Assembly: GCA_964016885.1 (NCBI GenBank)
Contig: OZ024748.1
Location: 46,686,001-46,750,000, forward strand
DNA: 64,000 bases
Origin: Eledone cirrhosa
Lineage: Eukaryota
Reading direction: 5' to 3'
Shown: positions 1 to 16,300 of the stretch, in pieces
Layout: each line of letters opens with the position of its first letter
How positions within the stretch are numbered: the stretch's first letter is position 1
Program-made: the position numbers and the translations under genes
The notes under the pieces: generated by a model
What the model saw: only the letters and a program-made list of their open reading frames with translations
Told to the model about the DNA's origin: nothing
Database searches by the model: none

Positions 1-3000
1 CTGACTACACTGCTCTGACACCTCCCAATCCTGACTACACTGCTCTGACACCTCCCAATCCTGACTACACTGCTCTGACACCTCCCAATCCTGACTACAC
101 TGCTGTAACAACACACAATCCTGACTACACTGCTCTAACCACACAATCCTGACTACACTGCTCTAACACCTCCCAATCCTGACTACACTGCTCTAACACC
201 TCCCAATCCTGACTACACTGCTGTAACAACACACAATCCTGACTACACTGCTCTAACACCTCCCAATCCTGACTACACTGCTCTGACACCTCCCAATCCT
301 GACTACACTGCTCTGACACCTCCCAATCCTGACTTCACTGCTCTAACACCTCCCAATCCTGACTTCACTGCTCTAACACCTCCCAATCCTGACTACACTG
401 CTCTAACAACACACAATCCTGACTACACTGCTCTAACACCTCCCAATCCTGACTACACTGCTCTAACCACACAATCCTGACTACACTGCTCTAACACCTC
501 CCAATCCTGACTACACTGCTCTGACACCTCCCAATCCTGACTACACTGCTCTGACACCTCCCAATCCTGACTTCACTGCTCTAACACCTCCCAATCCTGA
601 CTACACTGCTCTAACCACACAATCCTGACTACACTGCTCTGACACCTCCCAATCCTGACTACACTGCTCTAACACCTCCCAATCCTGACTACACTGCTCT
701 GACACCTCCCAATCCTGACTTCACTGCTCTAACACCTCCCAATCCTGACTACACTGCTGTAACACATCCCAATCCTGACTACACTGCTGTAACACCTCCC
801 AATCCTGACTACACTGCTGTAACACCTCCCAATCCTGACTACACTGCTCTAACCACACAATCCTGACTACACTGCTCTGACACCTCCCAATCCTGACTTC
901 ACTGCTCTAACACCTCCCAATCCTGACTACACTGCTCTAACACCTCCCAATCCTGACTACACTGCTGTAACACCTCCCAATCCTGACTACACTGCTGTAA
1001 CACCTCCCAATCCTGACTACACTGCTCTAACCACACAATCCTGACTACACTGCTCTGACACCTCCCAATCCTGACTACACTGCTCTAACACCTCCCAATC
1101 CTGACTTCACTGCTCTAACACCTCCCAATCCTGACTACACTGCTCTGACACCTCGCAATCCTGACTACACTGCTCTAACACCTCCCAATCCTGACTACAC
1201 TGCTCTAACCACACAATCCTGACTACACTGCTCTGACACCTCCCAATCCTGACTTCACTGCTCTAACACCTCCCAATCCTGACTACACTGCTCTAACCAC
1301 ACAATCCTGACTACACTGCTCTGACACCTCCCAATCCTGACTACACTGCTCTAACACCTCCCAATCCTGACTTCACTGCTCTAACACCTCCCAATCCTGA
1401 CTACACTGCTCTGACACCTCGCAATCCTGACTACACTGCTCTAACACCTCCCAATCCTGACTACACTGCTCTAACCACACAATCCTGACTACACTGCTCT
1501 GACACCTCCCAATCCTGACTTCACTGCTCTAACACCTCCCAATCCTGACTACACTGCTCTAACCACACAATCCTGACTACACTGCTCTGACACCTCCCAA
1601 TCCTGACTACACTGCTCTAACACCTCCCAATCCTGACTTCACTGCTCTAACACCTCCCAATCCTGACTACACTGCTCTGACACCTCGCAATCCTGACTAC
1701 ACTGCTCTAACACCTCCCAATCCTGACTACACTGCTCTAACCACACAATCCTGACTACACTGCTCTGACACCTCCCAATCCTGACTTCACTGCTCTAACA
1801 CCTCCCAATCCTGACTACACTGCTCTAACCACACAATCCTGACTACACTGCTCTGACACCTCCCAATCCTGACTTCACTGCTCTAACACCTCCCAATCCT
1901 GACTACACTGCTCTAACACCTCCCAATCCTGACTACACTGCTCTAACACCTCCCAATCCTGACTACACTGCTCTAACACCTCCCAATCCTGACTACACTG
2001 CTCTAACACCTCCCAATCCTGACTACACTGCTCTAACACCTCCCAATCCTGACTACACTGCTCTAACACCTCCCAATCCTGACTACACTGCTCTAACACC
2101 TCCCAATCCTGACTACACTGCTCTAACACCTCCCAATCCTGACTACACTGCTCTAACCACACAATCCTGACTACACTGCTCTGACACCTCCCAATCCTGA
2201 CTACACTGCTGTAACACCTCCCAATCCTGACTACACTGCTCTAACCACACAATCCTGACTACACTGCTCTAACACCTCCCAATCCTGACTACACTGCTCT
2301 GACACCTCCCAATCCTGACTACACTGCTCTAACACCTCCCAATCCTGACTACACTGCTCTAACCACACAATCCTGACTACACTGCTCTAACACCTCCCAA
2401 TCCTGACTACACTGCTCTAACACCTCCCAATCCTGACTACACTGCTCTGACACCTCCCAATCCTGACTACACTGCTCTAACACCTCCCAATCCTGACTAC
2501 ACTGCTCTGACACCTCCCAATCCTGACTACACTGCTCTAACACCTCCCAATCCTGACTACACTGCTCTGACACCTCCCAATCCTGACTACACTGCTCTAA
2601 CACCTCCCAATCCTGACTACACTGCTCTAACACCTCCCAATCCTGACTACACTGCTCTAACCACACAATCCTGACTACACTGCTCTGACACCTCCCAATC
2701 CTGACTACACTGCTCTAACACCTCCCAATCCTGACTACACTGCTCTAACACCTCCCAATCCTGACTACACTGCTCTAACACCTCCCAATCCTGACTACAC
2801 TGCTCTAACACCACACAATCCTGACTACACTGCTCTAACACCTCCCAATCCTGACTACACTGCTCTAACACCTCCCAATCCTGACTACACTGCTCTAACC
2901 ACACAATCCTGACTACACTGCTCTAACACCTCCCAATCCTGACTACACTGCTCTAACACCTCCCAATCCTGACTACACTGCTCTAACACCTCCCAATCCT

Positions 3001-6000
3001 GACTACACTGCTCTAACACCTCCCAATCCTGACTACACTGCTCTAACAACACACAATCCTGACTACACTGCTCTAACCACACAATCCTGACTACACTGCT
3101 CTGACACCTCCCAATCCTGACTACACTGCTCTAACACCTCCCAATCCTGACTACACTGCTCTGACACCTCCCAATCCTGACTACACTGCTCTAACACCTC
3201 CCAATCCTGACTACACTGCTCTAACACCTCCCAATCCTGACTACACTGCTCTAACACCTCCCAATCCTGACTACACTGCTCTAACACCTCCCAATCCTGA
3301 CTACACTGCTCTAACACCTCCCAATCCTGACTACACTGCTCTAACAACACACAATCCTGACTACACTGCTCTAACACCTCCCAATCCTGACTACACTGCT
3401 CTAACACCTCCCAATCCTGACTACACTGCTCTAACACCTCCCAATCCTGACTACACTGCTCTAACACCTCCCAATCCTGACTACACTGCTCTAACAACAC
3501 ACAATCCTGACTACACTGCTCTAACACCTCCCAATCCTGACTACACTGCTCTAACACCTCCCAATCCTGACTACACTGCTCTAACACCTCCCAATCCTGA
3601 CTACACTGCTCTAACACCTCCCAATCCTGACTACACTGCTCTAACAACACACAATCCTGACTACACTGCTCTAACACCTCCCAATCCTGACTACACTGCT
3701 CTAACACCTCCCAATCCTGACTACACTGCTCTAACACCTCCCAATCCTGACTACACTGCTCTAACACCTCCCAATCCTGACTACACTGCTCTAACAACAC
3801 ACAATCCTGACTACACTGCTCTAACACCTCCCAATCCTGACTACACTGCTCTAACACCTCCCAATCCTGACTACACTGCTCTAACACCTCCCAATCCTGA
3901 CTACACTGCTCTAACACCTCCCAATCCTGACTACACTGCTCTAACAACACACAATCCTGACTACACTGCTCTAACACCTCCCAATCCTGACTACACTGCT
4001 CTAACACCTCCCAATCCTGACTACACTGCTCTAACACCTCACAATCCTGACTACACTGCTCTGACACCTCCCAATCCTGACTACACTGCTCTAACACCTC
4101 CCAATCCTGACTACACTGCTCTAACACCTCCCAATCCTGACTACACTGCTCTAACACCTCCCAATCCTGACTACACTGCTCTAACACCTCACAATCCTGA
4201 CTACACTGCTCTGACACCTCCCAATCCTGACTACACTGCTCTAACACCTCCCAATCCTGACTACACTGCTCTAACACCTCCCAATCCTGACTACACTGCT
4301 CTAACAACACACAATCCTGACTACACTGCTCTAACACCTCCCAATCCTGACTACACTGCTCTAACACCTCCCAATCCTGACTACACTGCTCTAACACCTC
4401 CCAATCCTGACTACACTGCTCTAACACCTCCCAATCCTGACTACACTGCTCTAACACCTCCCAATCCTGACTACACTGCTCTAACAACACACAATCCTGA
4501 CTACACTGCTCTAACACCTCCCAATCCTGACTACACTGCTCTAACACCTCCCAATCCTGACTACACTGCTCTAACACCTCCCAATCCTGACTACACTGCT
4601 CTAACACCTCCCAATCCTGACTACACTGCTCTAACACCTCACAATCCTGACTACACTGCTCTAACACCTCCCAATCCTGACTACACTGCTCTAACACCTC
4701 CCAATCCTGACTACACTGCTGTAACACCTCCCAATCCTGACTACACTGCACTAACACCTCACAATCCTGACTACACTGCTCTAACAACACACAATCCTGA
4801 CTACACTGCTCTAACACATCCCAATCCTGACTACACTGCTCTAACAACACACAATCCTGACTACACTGCTCTAACACCTCCCAATCCTGACTACACTGCT
4901 CTAACACCTCCCAATCCTGACTACACTGCTCTAACACCTCACAATCCTGACTACACTGCTCTAACACCTCCCAATCCTGACTACACTGCTCTAACACATC
5001 CCAATCCTGACTACACTGCACTAACACCTCACAATCCTGACTACACTGCTCTAACAACACAATCCTGACTACACTGCTCTAACACCTCCCAATCCTGACT
5101 ACACTGCTCTAACACCTCACAATCCTGACTACACTGCTCTAACACCTCACAATCCTGACTACACTGCTCTAACACCTCCCAATCCTGACTACACTGCTCT
5201 AACACCTCCCAATCCTGACTACACTGCTCTAACACCTCCCAATCCTGACTACACTGCTCTAACACCTCACAATCCTGACTACACTGCTCTAACACCTCCC
5301 AATCCTGACTACACTGCTCTAACACATCCCAATCCTGACTACACTGCTCTAACCACACAATCCTGACTACACTGCACTAACACCTCACAATCCTGACTAC
5401 ACTGCTCTAACAACACAATCCTGACTACACTGCTCTAACACCTCCCAATCCTGACTACACTGCTCTAACACCTCCCAATCCTGACTACACTGCTCTAACA
5501 CCTCACAATCCTGACTACACTGCTCTAACACCTCCCAATCCTGACTACACTGCTCTAACACATCCCAATCCTGACTACACTGCTCTAACACCTCCCAATC
5601 CTGAGTACACTGCTCTAATCACACAATCCTGACTACACTGCTCTGACACCTCCCAATCCTGACTACACTGCTCTAACACCTCCCAATACTGACTACACTG
5701 CTCTAACCACACAATCCTGACTACACTGCTCTAACACCTCCCAATCCTGACTACACTGCTCTGACACCTCCCAATCCTGACTACACTGCTCTAACAACAC
5801 ACAATCCTGACTACACTGCTCTAACACCTCCCAATCCTGACTACACTGCTGTAACACCTCCCAATCCTGACTACACTGCTCTAACAACACACAATCCTGA
5901 CTACACTGCTCTAACACTTCCCAATCCTGACTACACTGCTGTAACACCTCCCAATCCTGACTACACTGCTCTAACACCTCCCAATCCTGACTACACTGCT

Positions 6001-9000
6001 CTAACAACACACAATCCTGACTACACTGCTCTAACACCTCCCAATCCTGACTACACTGCTGTAACACCTCCCAATCCTGACTACACTGCTCTAACAACAC
6101 ACAATCCTGACTACACTGCTCTAACACTTCCCAATCCTGACTACACTGCTGTAACACCTCCCAATCCTGACTACACTGCTCTAACAACACACAATCCTGA
6201 CTACACTGCTCTAACACCTCCCAATCCTGACTACACTGCTGTAACACCTCCCAATCCTGACTACACTGCTCTAACAACACACAATCCTGACTACACTGCT
6301 CTAACACCTCCCAATCCTGACTACACTGTTCTAACAACACACAATCCTGACTACACTGATGTAACACCACCCAATCCTGACTACACTGCTCTAACACCTC
6401 CCAATCCTGACTACACTGCTCTAACCACACAATCCTGACTACACTGCTCTAACACCTCCCAATCCTGACTACACTGCTGTAACACCTCCCAATCCTGACT
6501 ACACTGCTCTGACAACACACAATCCTGACTACACTGCTCTAACACCTCCCAATCCTGACTACACTGCTGTAACACCTCCCAATCCTGACTACACTGCTCT
6601 AACACCTCACAATCCTGACTACACTGCTCTAACACATCCCAATCCTGACTACACTGCTCTAATACCTCCCAATCCTGAGTACACTGCTCTAACACCTCCC
6701 AATCCTGACTACACTGCTCTAACCACACAATCCTGACTACACTGCTCTAACACTTCCCAATCCTGACTACACTGCTCTAACAACACACAATCCTGACTAC
6801 ACTGCTCTAACACCTCCCAATCCAGACTACACTGCTCTAACACCTCCCAATCCTGACTACACAGCTCTAACACCTCACAATCCTGACTACACTGCTCTAA
6901 CACCTCCCAATCCTGACTACACAGCTCTAACACCTCACAATCCTGACTACACTGCTCTAACACCTCCCAATCCTGACTACACTGCTCTAACACCTCCCAA
7001 TCCTGACTACACTGCACTAACACCTCCCAATACTGACTACACTGCTGTAACACCTCCCAATCCTGACTACACTGCTCTAACACCTCCCAATACTGACTAC
7101 ACTGCTGTAACACATCCCAATCCTGACTACACTGCTCTAACACCTCCCAATCCTGACTACACTGCTCTAACACCTCCCAATACTGACTACACTGCTGTAA
7201 CACCTCCCAATCCTGACTACACTGCTCTAACACCTCCCAATCCTGACTACACTGCTCTAACACCTCCCAATACTGACTACACTGCTCTAACACCTCCCAA
7301 TCCTGACTACACTGCTGTAACACCTCCCAATACTGACTACACTGCTCTAACACCTCCCAATCCTGACTACACTGCTCTAACACCTCCCAATCCTGAGTAC
7401 ACTGCTCTAATACCTCCCAATCCTGAGTACACTGCTCTAACACCTCCCAATCCTGACTACACTGCTCTACACCTCCCAATCCTGACTACACTGCTCTAAC
7501 ACCTCCCAATCCTGACTACACTGCTCTAATACCTCCCAATCCTGAGTACACTGCTCTAACACCTCCCAATCCTGACTACACTGCTCTAACCACACAATCC
7601 TGACTACACTGCTCTAACACTTCCCAATCCTGACTACACTGCTCTAACAACACACAATCCTGACTACACTGCTCTAACACCTCCCAATCCTGACTACACT
7701 GCTCTAATACCTCCCAATCCTGAGTACACTGCTCTAACACCTCCCAATCCTGACTACACTGCTCTAACCACACAATCCTGACTACACTGCTCTAACAATT
7801 CCCAATCCTGACTACACTGCTCTAACAACACACAATCCTGACTACACTGCTCTAACACCTCCCAATCCAGACTACACTGCTCTAACACCTCCCAATCCTG
7901 ACTACACAGCTCTAACACCTCACAATCCTGACTACACTGCTCTAACACCTCCCAATCCTGACTACACAGCTCTAACACCTCACAATCCTGACTACACTGC
8001 TCTAACACCTCCCCAATCCTGACTACACTGCTCTAACACCTCCCCAATCCTGACTACACTGCACTAACAACCTCCCAATACTGACTACACTGCTGTAACA
8101 CCTCCCAATCCTGACTACACTGCTCTAACACCTCCCAATACTGACTACACTGCTGTAACACATTCCCAATCCTGACTACACTGCTCTAACACCTCCCAAT
8201 CCTGACTACACTGCTCTAACACCTCCCAATACTGACTACACTGCTGTAACACCTCCCAATCCTGACTACACTGCTCTAACACCTCCCAATCCTGACTACA
8301 CTGCTCTAACACCTCCCAATACTGACTACACTGCTCTAACACCTCCCAATCCTGACTACACTGCTGTAACACCTCCCAATACTGACTACACTGCTCTAAC
8401 ACCTCCCAATCCTGACTACACTTGCTCTAACACCTCCCAATCCTGAGTACACTGCTCTAATACCTCCCAATCCTGAGTACACTGCTCTAACACCTCCCAA
8501 TCCTGACTACACTGCTCTAACACCTCCCAATCCTGACTACACTGCTCTAACACCTCCCAATCCTGACTACACTGCTCCTAATACCTCCCAATCCTGAGTA
8601 CACTGCTCTAACACCTCCCAATCCTGACTACACTGCTCTAACACCTCCCAATCCTGACTACACAGCTCTAACCACACAATCCTGACTAACACTGCTCTAA
8701 CACCTCCCAATCCTGACTACACTGCTCTAAACACTCCCCAATCCTGACTACACTGCTCTAACACCTCCCAATCCTGACTACACTGCTCTCTAATACCTCC
8801 CAATCCTGAGTACACTGCTCTAACACCTCCCAATCCTGACTACACTGCTCTAACACCTCCCAATCCTGACTACTCAGCTCTAACCCACACAATCCTGACT
8901 ACACTGCTCTAACACCTCCCAATCCTGACTACACTGCTCTACACCCTCCCAATCCTGACTACACTGCTCTAACAACCTCCCAATCCTGACTACACTGCTC

Positions 9001-9101
9001 TAACACCTCCCAATACTGACTACACTGCTCTAACACTTCCCAATCCTGACTACACTGCTCTAACACCTCCCAATCCTGACTACACTGCTCTTTCTAACAC
9101 C
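1..9101. repeat. Minisatellite array 1, 30-bp unit GACTACACTGCTCTAACACCTCCCAATCCT with 28/30-bp variants
   Basis: Continuous tandem repetition that runs off the window start. It ends at ...CTGCTCTTTCTAACACC|ATACAATAAA. All minus-strand EQCSQDWEVL ORFs come from it. Confidence 0.98.
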
Positions 9102-9723
9102 ATACAATAAAATAAAATGAAATGTTTCAAATCAATTTGAAAAATATAATTTATAGAAAATTTTATTTAAATAATTTCTGAATTATTGGCCTTTAAAGAC
9201 TAAAGAAAATTATTATTATTATCTTTATTACACATGAAATGTAGAATTATATTGATAATAAGGGCAGTACCCGTAGAGCATCAGGCACCATGCCTTTGCA
9301 GCATAGACTTACGGCCCTTTATTATCTGAGTTCAAATCTCGCCCGAAATTATCTCTGCCTTTCATCCTTACGGGGTCGATAAAATAAGTACCAGTAATGC
9401 ACTGGGATTAATTGCTGGCCCTGTGCCAAATGTAGATACAATTATTATACATGAAATTATTCCTCATCTATCTACACACACAAAATGTTGTAAATATAAC
9501 TCAATATAGATTTTTCCATAAATTGATCACAGATTTTTGAAAAGCTGGGCACGTGATAACAATACAAACTGTTGCAACTTTTTCTAATATATATTTGTGT
9601 TTATGTGTGTGTGTTGGTGGTTATGTGTGTGTATATATTTGCGTGTGAGTATGAATTTGAGCGAGGTGCGTGTGTACGTATGTTTATGCATGTGCTTGTG
9701 TACGTGCTTATATATGCGTGTGA

Positions 9724-9767
<44 letters not shown>

Positions 9768-10178
9768 TATATGTATAGTACACTCAGGTACTCTGATGAA
9801 ATGTTAGCGTATGTATACAGTTATGTGTGCATCTGTATGTGAATAGTTGTGTGCTAGTCTAAGTATGTATGTATTTGCGTGTCTATTTGCGTGTAAATAT
9901 AACGTATGTTTGTGCTGTGAAATGTTGCAAAGTATTAATTTCAACTCTTCTTATTAATAACTGTATTGCTTCTTTTCAGGGACTATGTTGAAAATAAACA
10001 TCATAAGGTCATTCCATGAGAGTTTCTTGGTCAGTCTATAAAGGAGCGATGCTAGAGCTGTGAAATCTTGCGTGCATTAATTTCAGTTCTTCTTACTAAT
10101 GACTGCATTGTTACTTTTCAGGGACTACGTTGAAAAATAAACCTTATCTGGTCATTCCATGAGAGTATCTTGGTCAGT
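9102..10178. repeat. Array right flank, duplicate copy 1
   Basis: Near-identical to 35556-36603, including the array junction, the SINE and the 143-bp direct repeat. Confidence 0.95.
9261..9448 (+). mobile_element. tRNA-derived SINE (octopus-type)
   Basis: B-box GAGTTCAAATC, core GCCTTTCATCCTTACGGGGTCGATAAAATAAGTACCAGT, tail GCTGGCCCTGTGCCAAA...ATTATTAT. Confidence 0.85.
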
Positions 10179-10378
10179 NNNNNNNNNNNNNNNNNNNNNN
10201 NNNNNNNNNNNNNNNNNNNNNNNNNNNNNNNNNNNNNNNNNNNNNNNNNNNNNNNNNNNNNNNNNNNNNNNNNNNNNNNNNNNNNNNNNNNNNNNNNNNN
10301 NNNNNNNNNNNNNNNNNNNNNNNNNNNNNNNNNNNNNNNNNNNNNNNNNNNNNNNNNNNNNNNNNNNNNNNNNNNNNN
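10179..10378. other. Assembly gap (200 N)
   Basis: Run of N. Confidence 1.
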
Positions 10379-13300
10379 GCTCTAACACCTCCCAATCCTG
10401 ACTACACTGCTCTAACACCTCCCAATCCTGACTACACTGCTGTAACACCTCCCAATCCTGACTACACTGCTCTGACACCTCCCAATCCTGACTACACTGC
10501 TCTAACACCTCCCAATCCTGACTACACTGCTCTAACACCTCCCAATCCTGACTACACTGCTCTAACACCTCCCAATCCTGACTACACTGCTCTAACACCT
10601 CCCAATCCTGACTACACTGCTCTAACACCTCCCAATCCTGACTACACTGCTCTAACACCTCCCAATCCTGACTACACTGCTCTAACCACACAATCCTGAC
10701 TACACTGCTCTGACACCTCCCAATCCTGACTACACTGCTCTAACACCTCCCAATCCTGACTACACTGCTCTAACACCTCCCAATCCTGACTACACTGCTC
10801 TAACCACACAATCCTGACTACACTGCTCTGACACCTCCCAATCCTGACTACACTGCTCTAACACCTCCCAATCCTGACTACACTGCTCTAACCACACAAT
10901 CCTGCCTACACTGCTCTGACACCTCCCAATCCTGACTACACTGCTCTAACACCTCCCAATCCTGACTACACTGCTCTAACCACACAATCCTGACTACACT
11001 GCTCTGACACCTCCCAATCCTGACTACACTGCTCTAACACCTCCCAATCCTGACTACACTGCTCTAACACCTCCCAATCCTGACTACACTGCTCTAACCA
11101 CACAATCCTGACTACACTGCTCTGACACCTCCCAATCCTGACTACACTGCTCTAACACCTCCCAATCCTGACTACACTGCTCTAACCACACAATCCTGCC
11201 TACACTGCTCTGACACCTCCCAATCCTGACTACACTGCTCTAACACCTCCCAATCCTGACTACACTGCTCTAACCACACAATCCTGCCTACACTGCTCTA
11301 ACACCTCCCAATCCTGACTACACTGCTCTAACACCTCCCAATCCTGACTACACTGCTCTAACACCTCCCAATCCTGACTACACTGCTCTAACCACACAAT
11401 CCTGACTACACTGCTCTGACACCTCCCAATCCTGACTACACTGCTCTAACACCTCCCAATCCTGACTACACTGCTCTAACCACACAATCCTGCCTACACT
11501 GCTCTGACACCTCCCAATCCTGACTACACTGCTCTAACACCTCCCAATCCTGACTACACTGCTCTAACCACACAATCCTGCCTACACTGCTCTGACACCT
11601 CCCAATCCTGACTACACTGCTCTAACACCTCCCAATCCTGACTACACTGCTCTAACACCTCCCAATCCTGACTACACTGCTCTAACCACACAATCCTGAC
11701 TACACTGCTCTAACACCTCCCAATCCTGACTACACTGCTCTAACACACAATCCTGCCTACACTGCTCTACACCTCCCAATCCTGACTACACTGCTCTAAC
11801 CACACAATCCTGACTACACTGCTCTGACACCTCCCAATCCTGACTACACTGCTCTAACCACACAATCCTGACTACACTGCTCTGACACCTCCCAATCCTG
11901 ACTACACTGCTCTAACACCTCCCAATCCTGACTACACTGCTCTAACCACACAATCCTGACTACACTGCTCTAACACCTCCCAATCCTGACTACACTGCTC
12001 TAACCACACAATCCTGACTACACTGCTCTAACACCTCCCAATCCTGACTACACTGCTCTAACACCTCCAATCCTGACTACACTGCTCTAACACCTCCCAA
12101 TCCTGACTACACTGCTCTAACCACACAATCCTGACTACACTGCTCTAACACCTCCCAATCCTGACTACACTGCTCTAACCACACAATCCTGACTACACTG
12201 CTCTAACACCTCCCAATCCTGACTACACTGCTCTAACACCTCCCAATCCTGACTACACTGCTCTAACCACACAATCCTGACTACACTGCTCTAACACCTC
12301 CCAATCCTGACTACACTGCTCTAACCACACAATCCTGACTACACTGCTCTAACACCTCCCAATCCTGACTACACTGCTCTAACACCTCCAATCCTGACTA
12401 CACTGCTCTAACCACACAATCCTGACTACACTGCTCTAACACCTCCCAATCCTGACTACACTGCTCTAACCACACAATCCTGACTACACTGCTCTAACAC
12501 CTCCCAATCCTGACTACACTGCTCTAACACCTCCCAATCCTGACTACACTGCTCTAACCACACAATCCTGACTACACTGCTCTAACACCTCCCAATCCTG
12601 ACTACACTGCTCTAACCACACAATCCTGACTACACTGCTCTAACACCTCCCAATCCTGACTACACTGCTCTAACACCTCCCAATCCTGACTACACTGCTC
12701 TAACACCTCCAATCCTGACTACACTGCTCTAACACCTCCCAATCCTGACTACACTGCTCTAACACCTCCCAATCCTGACTACACTGCTCTAACACCTCCC
12801 AATCCTGACTACACTGCTCTAACACCTCCCAATCCTGACTACACTGCTCTAACCACACAATCCTGACTACACTGCTCTAACACCTCCCAATCCTGACTAC
12901 ACTGCTCTAACCACACAATCCTGACTACACTGCTCTAACACCTCCCAATCCTGACTACACTGCTCTAACACCTCCCAATCCTGACTACACTGCTCTAACC
13001 CACACAATCCTGACTACACTGCTCTAACACCTCCCAATCCTGACTACACTGCTCTAACACCTCCCAATCCTGACTACACTGCTCTAACCACACAATCCTG
13101 ACTACACTGCTCTAACACCTCCCAATCCTGACTACACTGCTCTAACCACACAATCCTGACTACACTGCTCTAACACCTCCCAATCCTGACTACACTGCTC
13201 TAACCACACAATCCTGACTACACTGCTCTACACCTCCCAATCCTGACTACACTGCTCTAACACCTCCCAATCCTGACTACACTGCTCTAACACCTCCCAA

Positions 13301-16300
13301 TCCTGACTACACTGCTCTAACCACACAATCCTGACTACACTGCTCTAACACCTCCCAATCCTGACTACACTGCTCTAACACCTCCCAATCCTGACTACAC
13401 TGCTCTAACCACACAATCCTGACTACACTGCTCTGACACCTCCCAATCCTGACTACACTGCTCTAACACCTCCCAATCCTGACTACACTGCTCTAACCAC
13501 ACAATCCTGCCTACACTGCTCTACACCTCCCAATCCTGACTACACTGCTCTAACACCTCCCAATCCTGACTACACTGCTCTAACACCTCCCAATCCTGAC
13601 TACACTGCTCTAACCACACAATCCTGACTACACTGCTCTGACACCTCCCAATCCTGACTACACTGCTCTAACACCTCCCAATCCTGACTACACTGCTCTA
13701 ACCACACAATCCTGCCTACACTGCTCTGACACCTCCCAATCCTGACTACACTGCTCTAACACCTCCCAATCCTGACTACACTGCTCTAACCACACAATCC
13801 TGCCTACACTGCTCTGACACCTCCCAATCCTGACTACACTGCTCTAACACCTCCCAATCCTGACTACACTGCTCTAACACCTCCCAATCCTGACTACACT
13901 GCTCTAACCACACAATCCTGACTACACTGCTCTGACACCTCCCAATCCTGACTACACTGCTCTAACACCTCCCAATCCTGACTACACTGCTCTAACCACA
14001 CAATCCTGCCTACACTGCTCTGACACCTCCCAATCCTGACTACACTGCTCTAACACCTCCCAATCCTGACTACACTGCTCTAACCACACAATCCTGCCTA
14101 CACTGCTCTGACACCTCCCAATCCTGACTACACTGCTCTAACACCTCCCAATCCTGACTACACTGCTCTAACACCTCCCAATCCTGACTACACTGCTCTA
14201 ACCACACAATCCTGACTACACTGCTCTGACACCTCCCAATCCTGACTACACTGCTCTAACACCTCCCAATCCTGACTACACTGCTCTAACCACACAATCC
14301 TGCCTACACTGCTCTGACACCTCCCAATCCTGACTACACTGCTCTAACACCTCCCAATCCTGACTACACTGCTCTAACCACACAATCCTGCCTACACTGC
14401 TCTGACACCTCCCAATCCTGACTACACTGCTCTAACACCTCCCAATCCTGACTACACTGCTCTAACACCTCCCAATCCTGACTACACTGCTCTAACCACA
14501 CAATCCTGACTACACTGCTCTGACACCTCCCAATCCTGACTACACTGCTCTAACACCTCCCAATCCTGACTACACTGCTCTAACCACACAATCCTGCCTA
14601 CACTGCTCTGACACCTCCCAATCCTGACTACACTGCTCTAACACCTCCCAATCCTGACTACACTGCTCTAACCACACAATCCTGCCTACACTGCTCTGAC
14701 ACCTCCCAATCCTGACTACACTGCTCTAACACCTCCCAATCCTGACTACACTGCTCTAACACCTCCCAATCCTGACTACACTGCTCTAACCACACAATCC
14801 TGACTACACTGCTCTGACACCTCCCAATCCTGACTACACTGCTCTAACACCTCCCAATCCTGACTACACTGCTCTAACACCTCCCAATCCTGCCTACACT
14901 GCTCTGACACCTCCCAATCCTGACTACACTGCTCTAACCACACACAATCCTGACTACACTGCTCTGACACCTCCCAATCCTGACTACACTGCTCTAACAC
15001 CTCCCAATCCTGACTACACTGCTCTAACCCCACCCAATCCTGACTACACTGCTCTAACCACACACAATCCTGACTACACTGCTCTAACACCTCCCAATCC
15101 TGACTACACTGCTCTAACACCTCCCAATCCTGACTACACTGCTCTAACCACACAATCCTGACTACACTGCTCTGACACCTCCCAATCCTGACTACACTGC
15201 TCTAACACCTCCCAATCCTGACTACACTGCTCTAACACCTCCCAATCCTGACTACACTGCTCTAACCACACAATCCTGACTACACTGCTCTAACCACACA
15301 ATCCTGCCTACACTGCTCTGACACCTCCCAATCCTGACTACACTGCTCTAACACCTCCCAATCCTGACTACACTGCTCTAACCACACAATCCTGACTACA
15401 CTGCTCTAACCACACAATCCTGACTACACTGCTCTAACACCTCCCAATCCTGACTACACTGCTCTGACACCTCCCAATCCTGACTACACTGCTCTAACCA
15501 CACAATCCTGACTACACTGCTCTGACACCTCCCAATCCTGACTACACTGCTCTAACACCTCCCAATCCTGACTACACTGCTCTAACCACACACAATCCTG
15601 ACTACACTGCTCTGACACCTCCCAATCCTGACTACACTGCTCTGACACCTCCCAATCCTGACTACACTGCTCTAACCACACAATCCTGCCTACACTGCTC
15701 TAACCACACACAATCCTGACTACACTGCTCTGACACCTCCCAATCCTGACTACACTGCTCTGACACCTCCCAATCCTGACTACACTGCTCTGACACCTCC
15801 CAATCCTGACTACACTGCTCTGACACCTCCCAATCCTGACTACACTGCTCTGACACCTCCCAATCCTGACTACACTGCTCTAACACCTCCCAATCCTGAC
15901 TACACTGCTCTAACACCTCCCAATCCTGACTACACTGCTCTAACCACACACAATCCTGACTACACTGCTCTGACACCTCCCAATCCTGACTACACTGCTC
16001 TGACACCTCCCAATCCTGTCTACACTGCTCTAACCACACAATCCTGCCTACACTGCTCTGACACCTCCCAATCCTGACTACATTGCTCTAACACCTCCCA
16101 ATCCTGCCTACACTGCTCTGACACCTCCCAATCCTGACTACACTGCTCTAACCACACAATCCTGACTACATTGCTCTAACACCTCCCAATCCTGACTACA
16201 CTGCTGTAACCACACAATCCTGACTACACTGCTCTGACACCTCCCAATCCTGACTACACTGCTCTAACCACACAATCCTGCCTACACTGCTCTGACACCT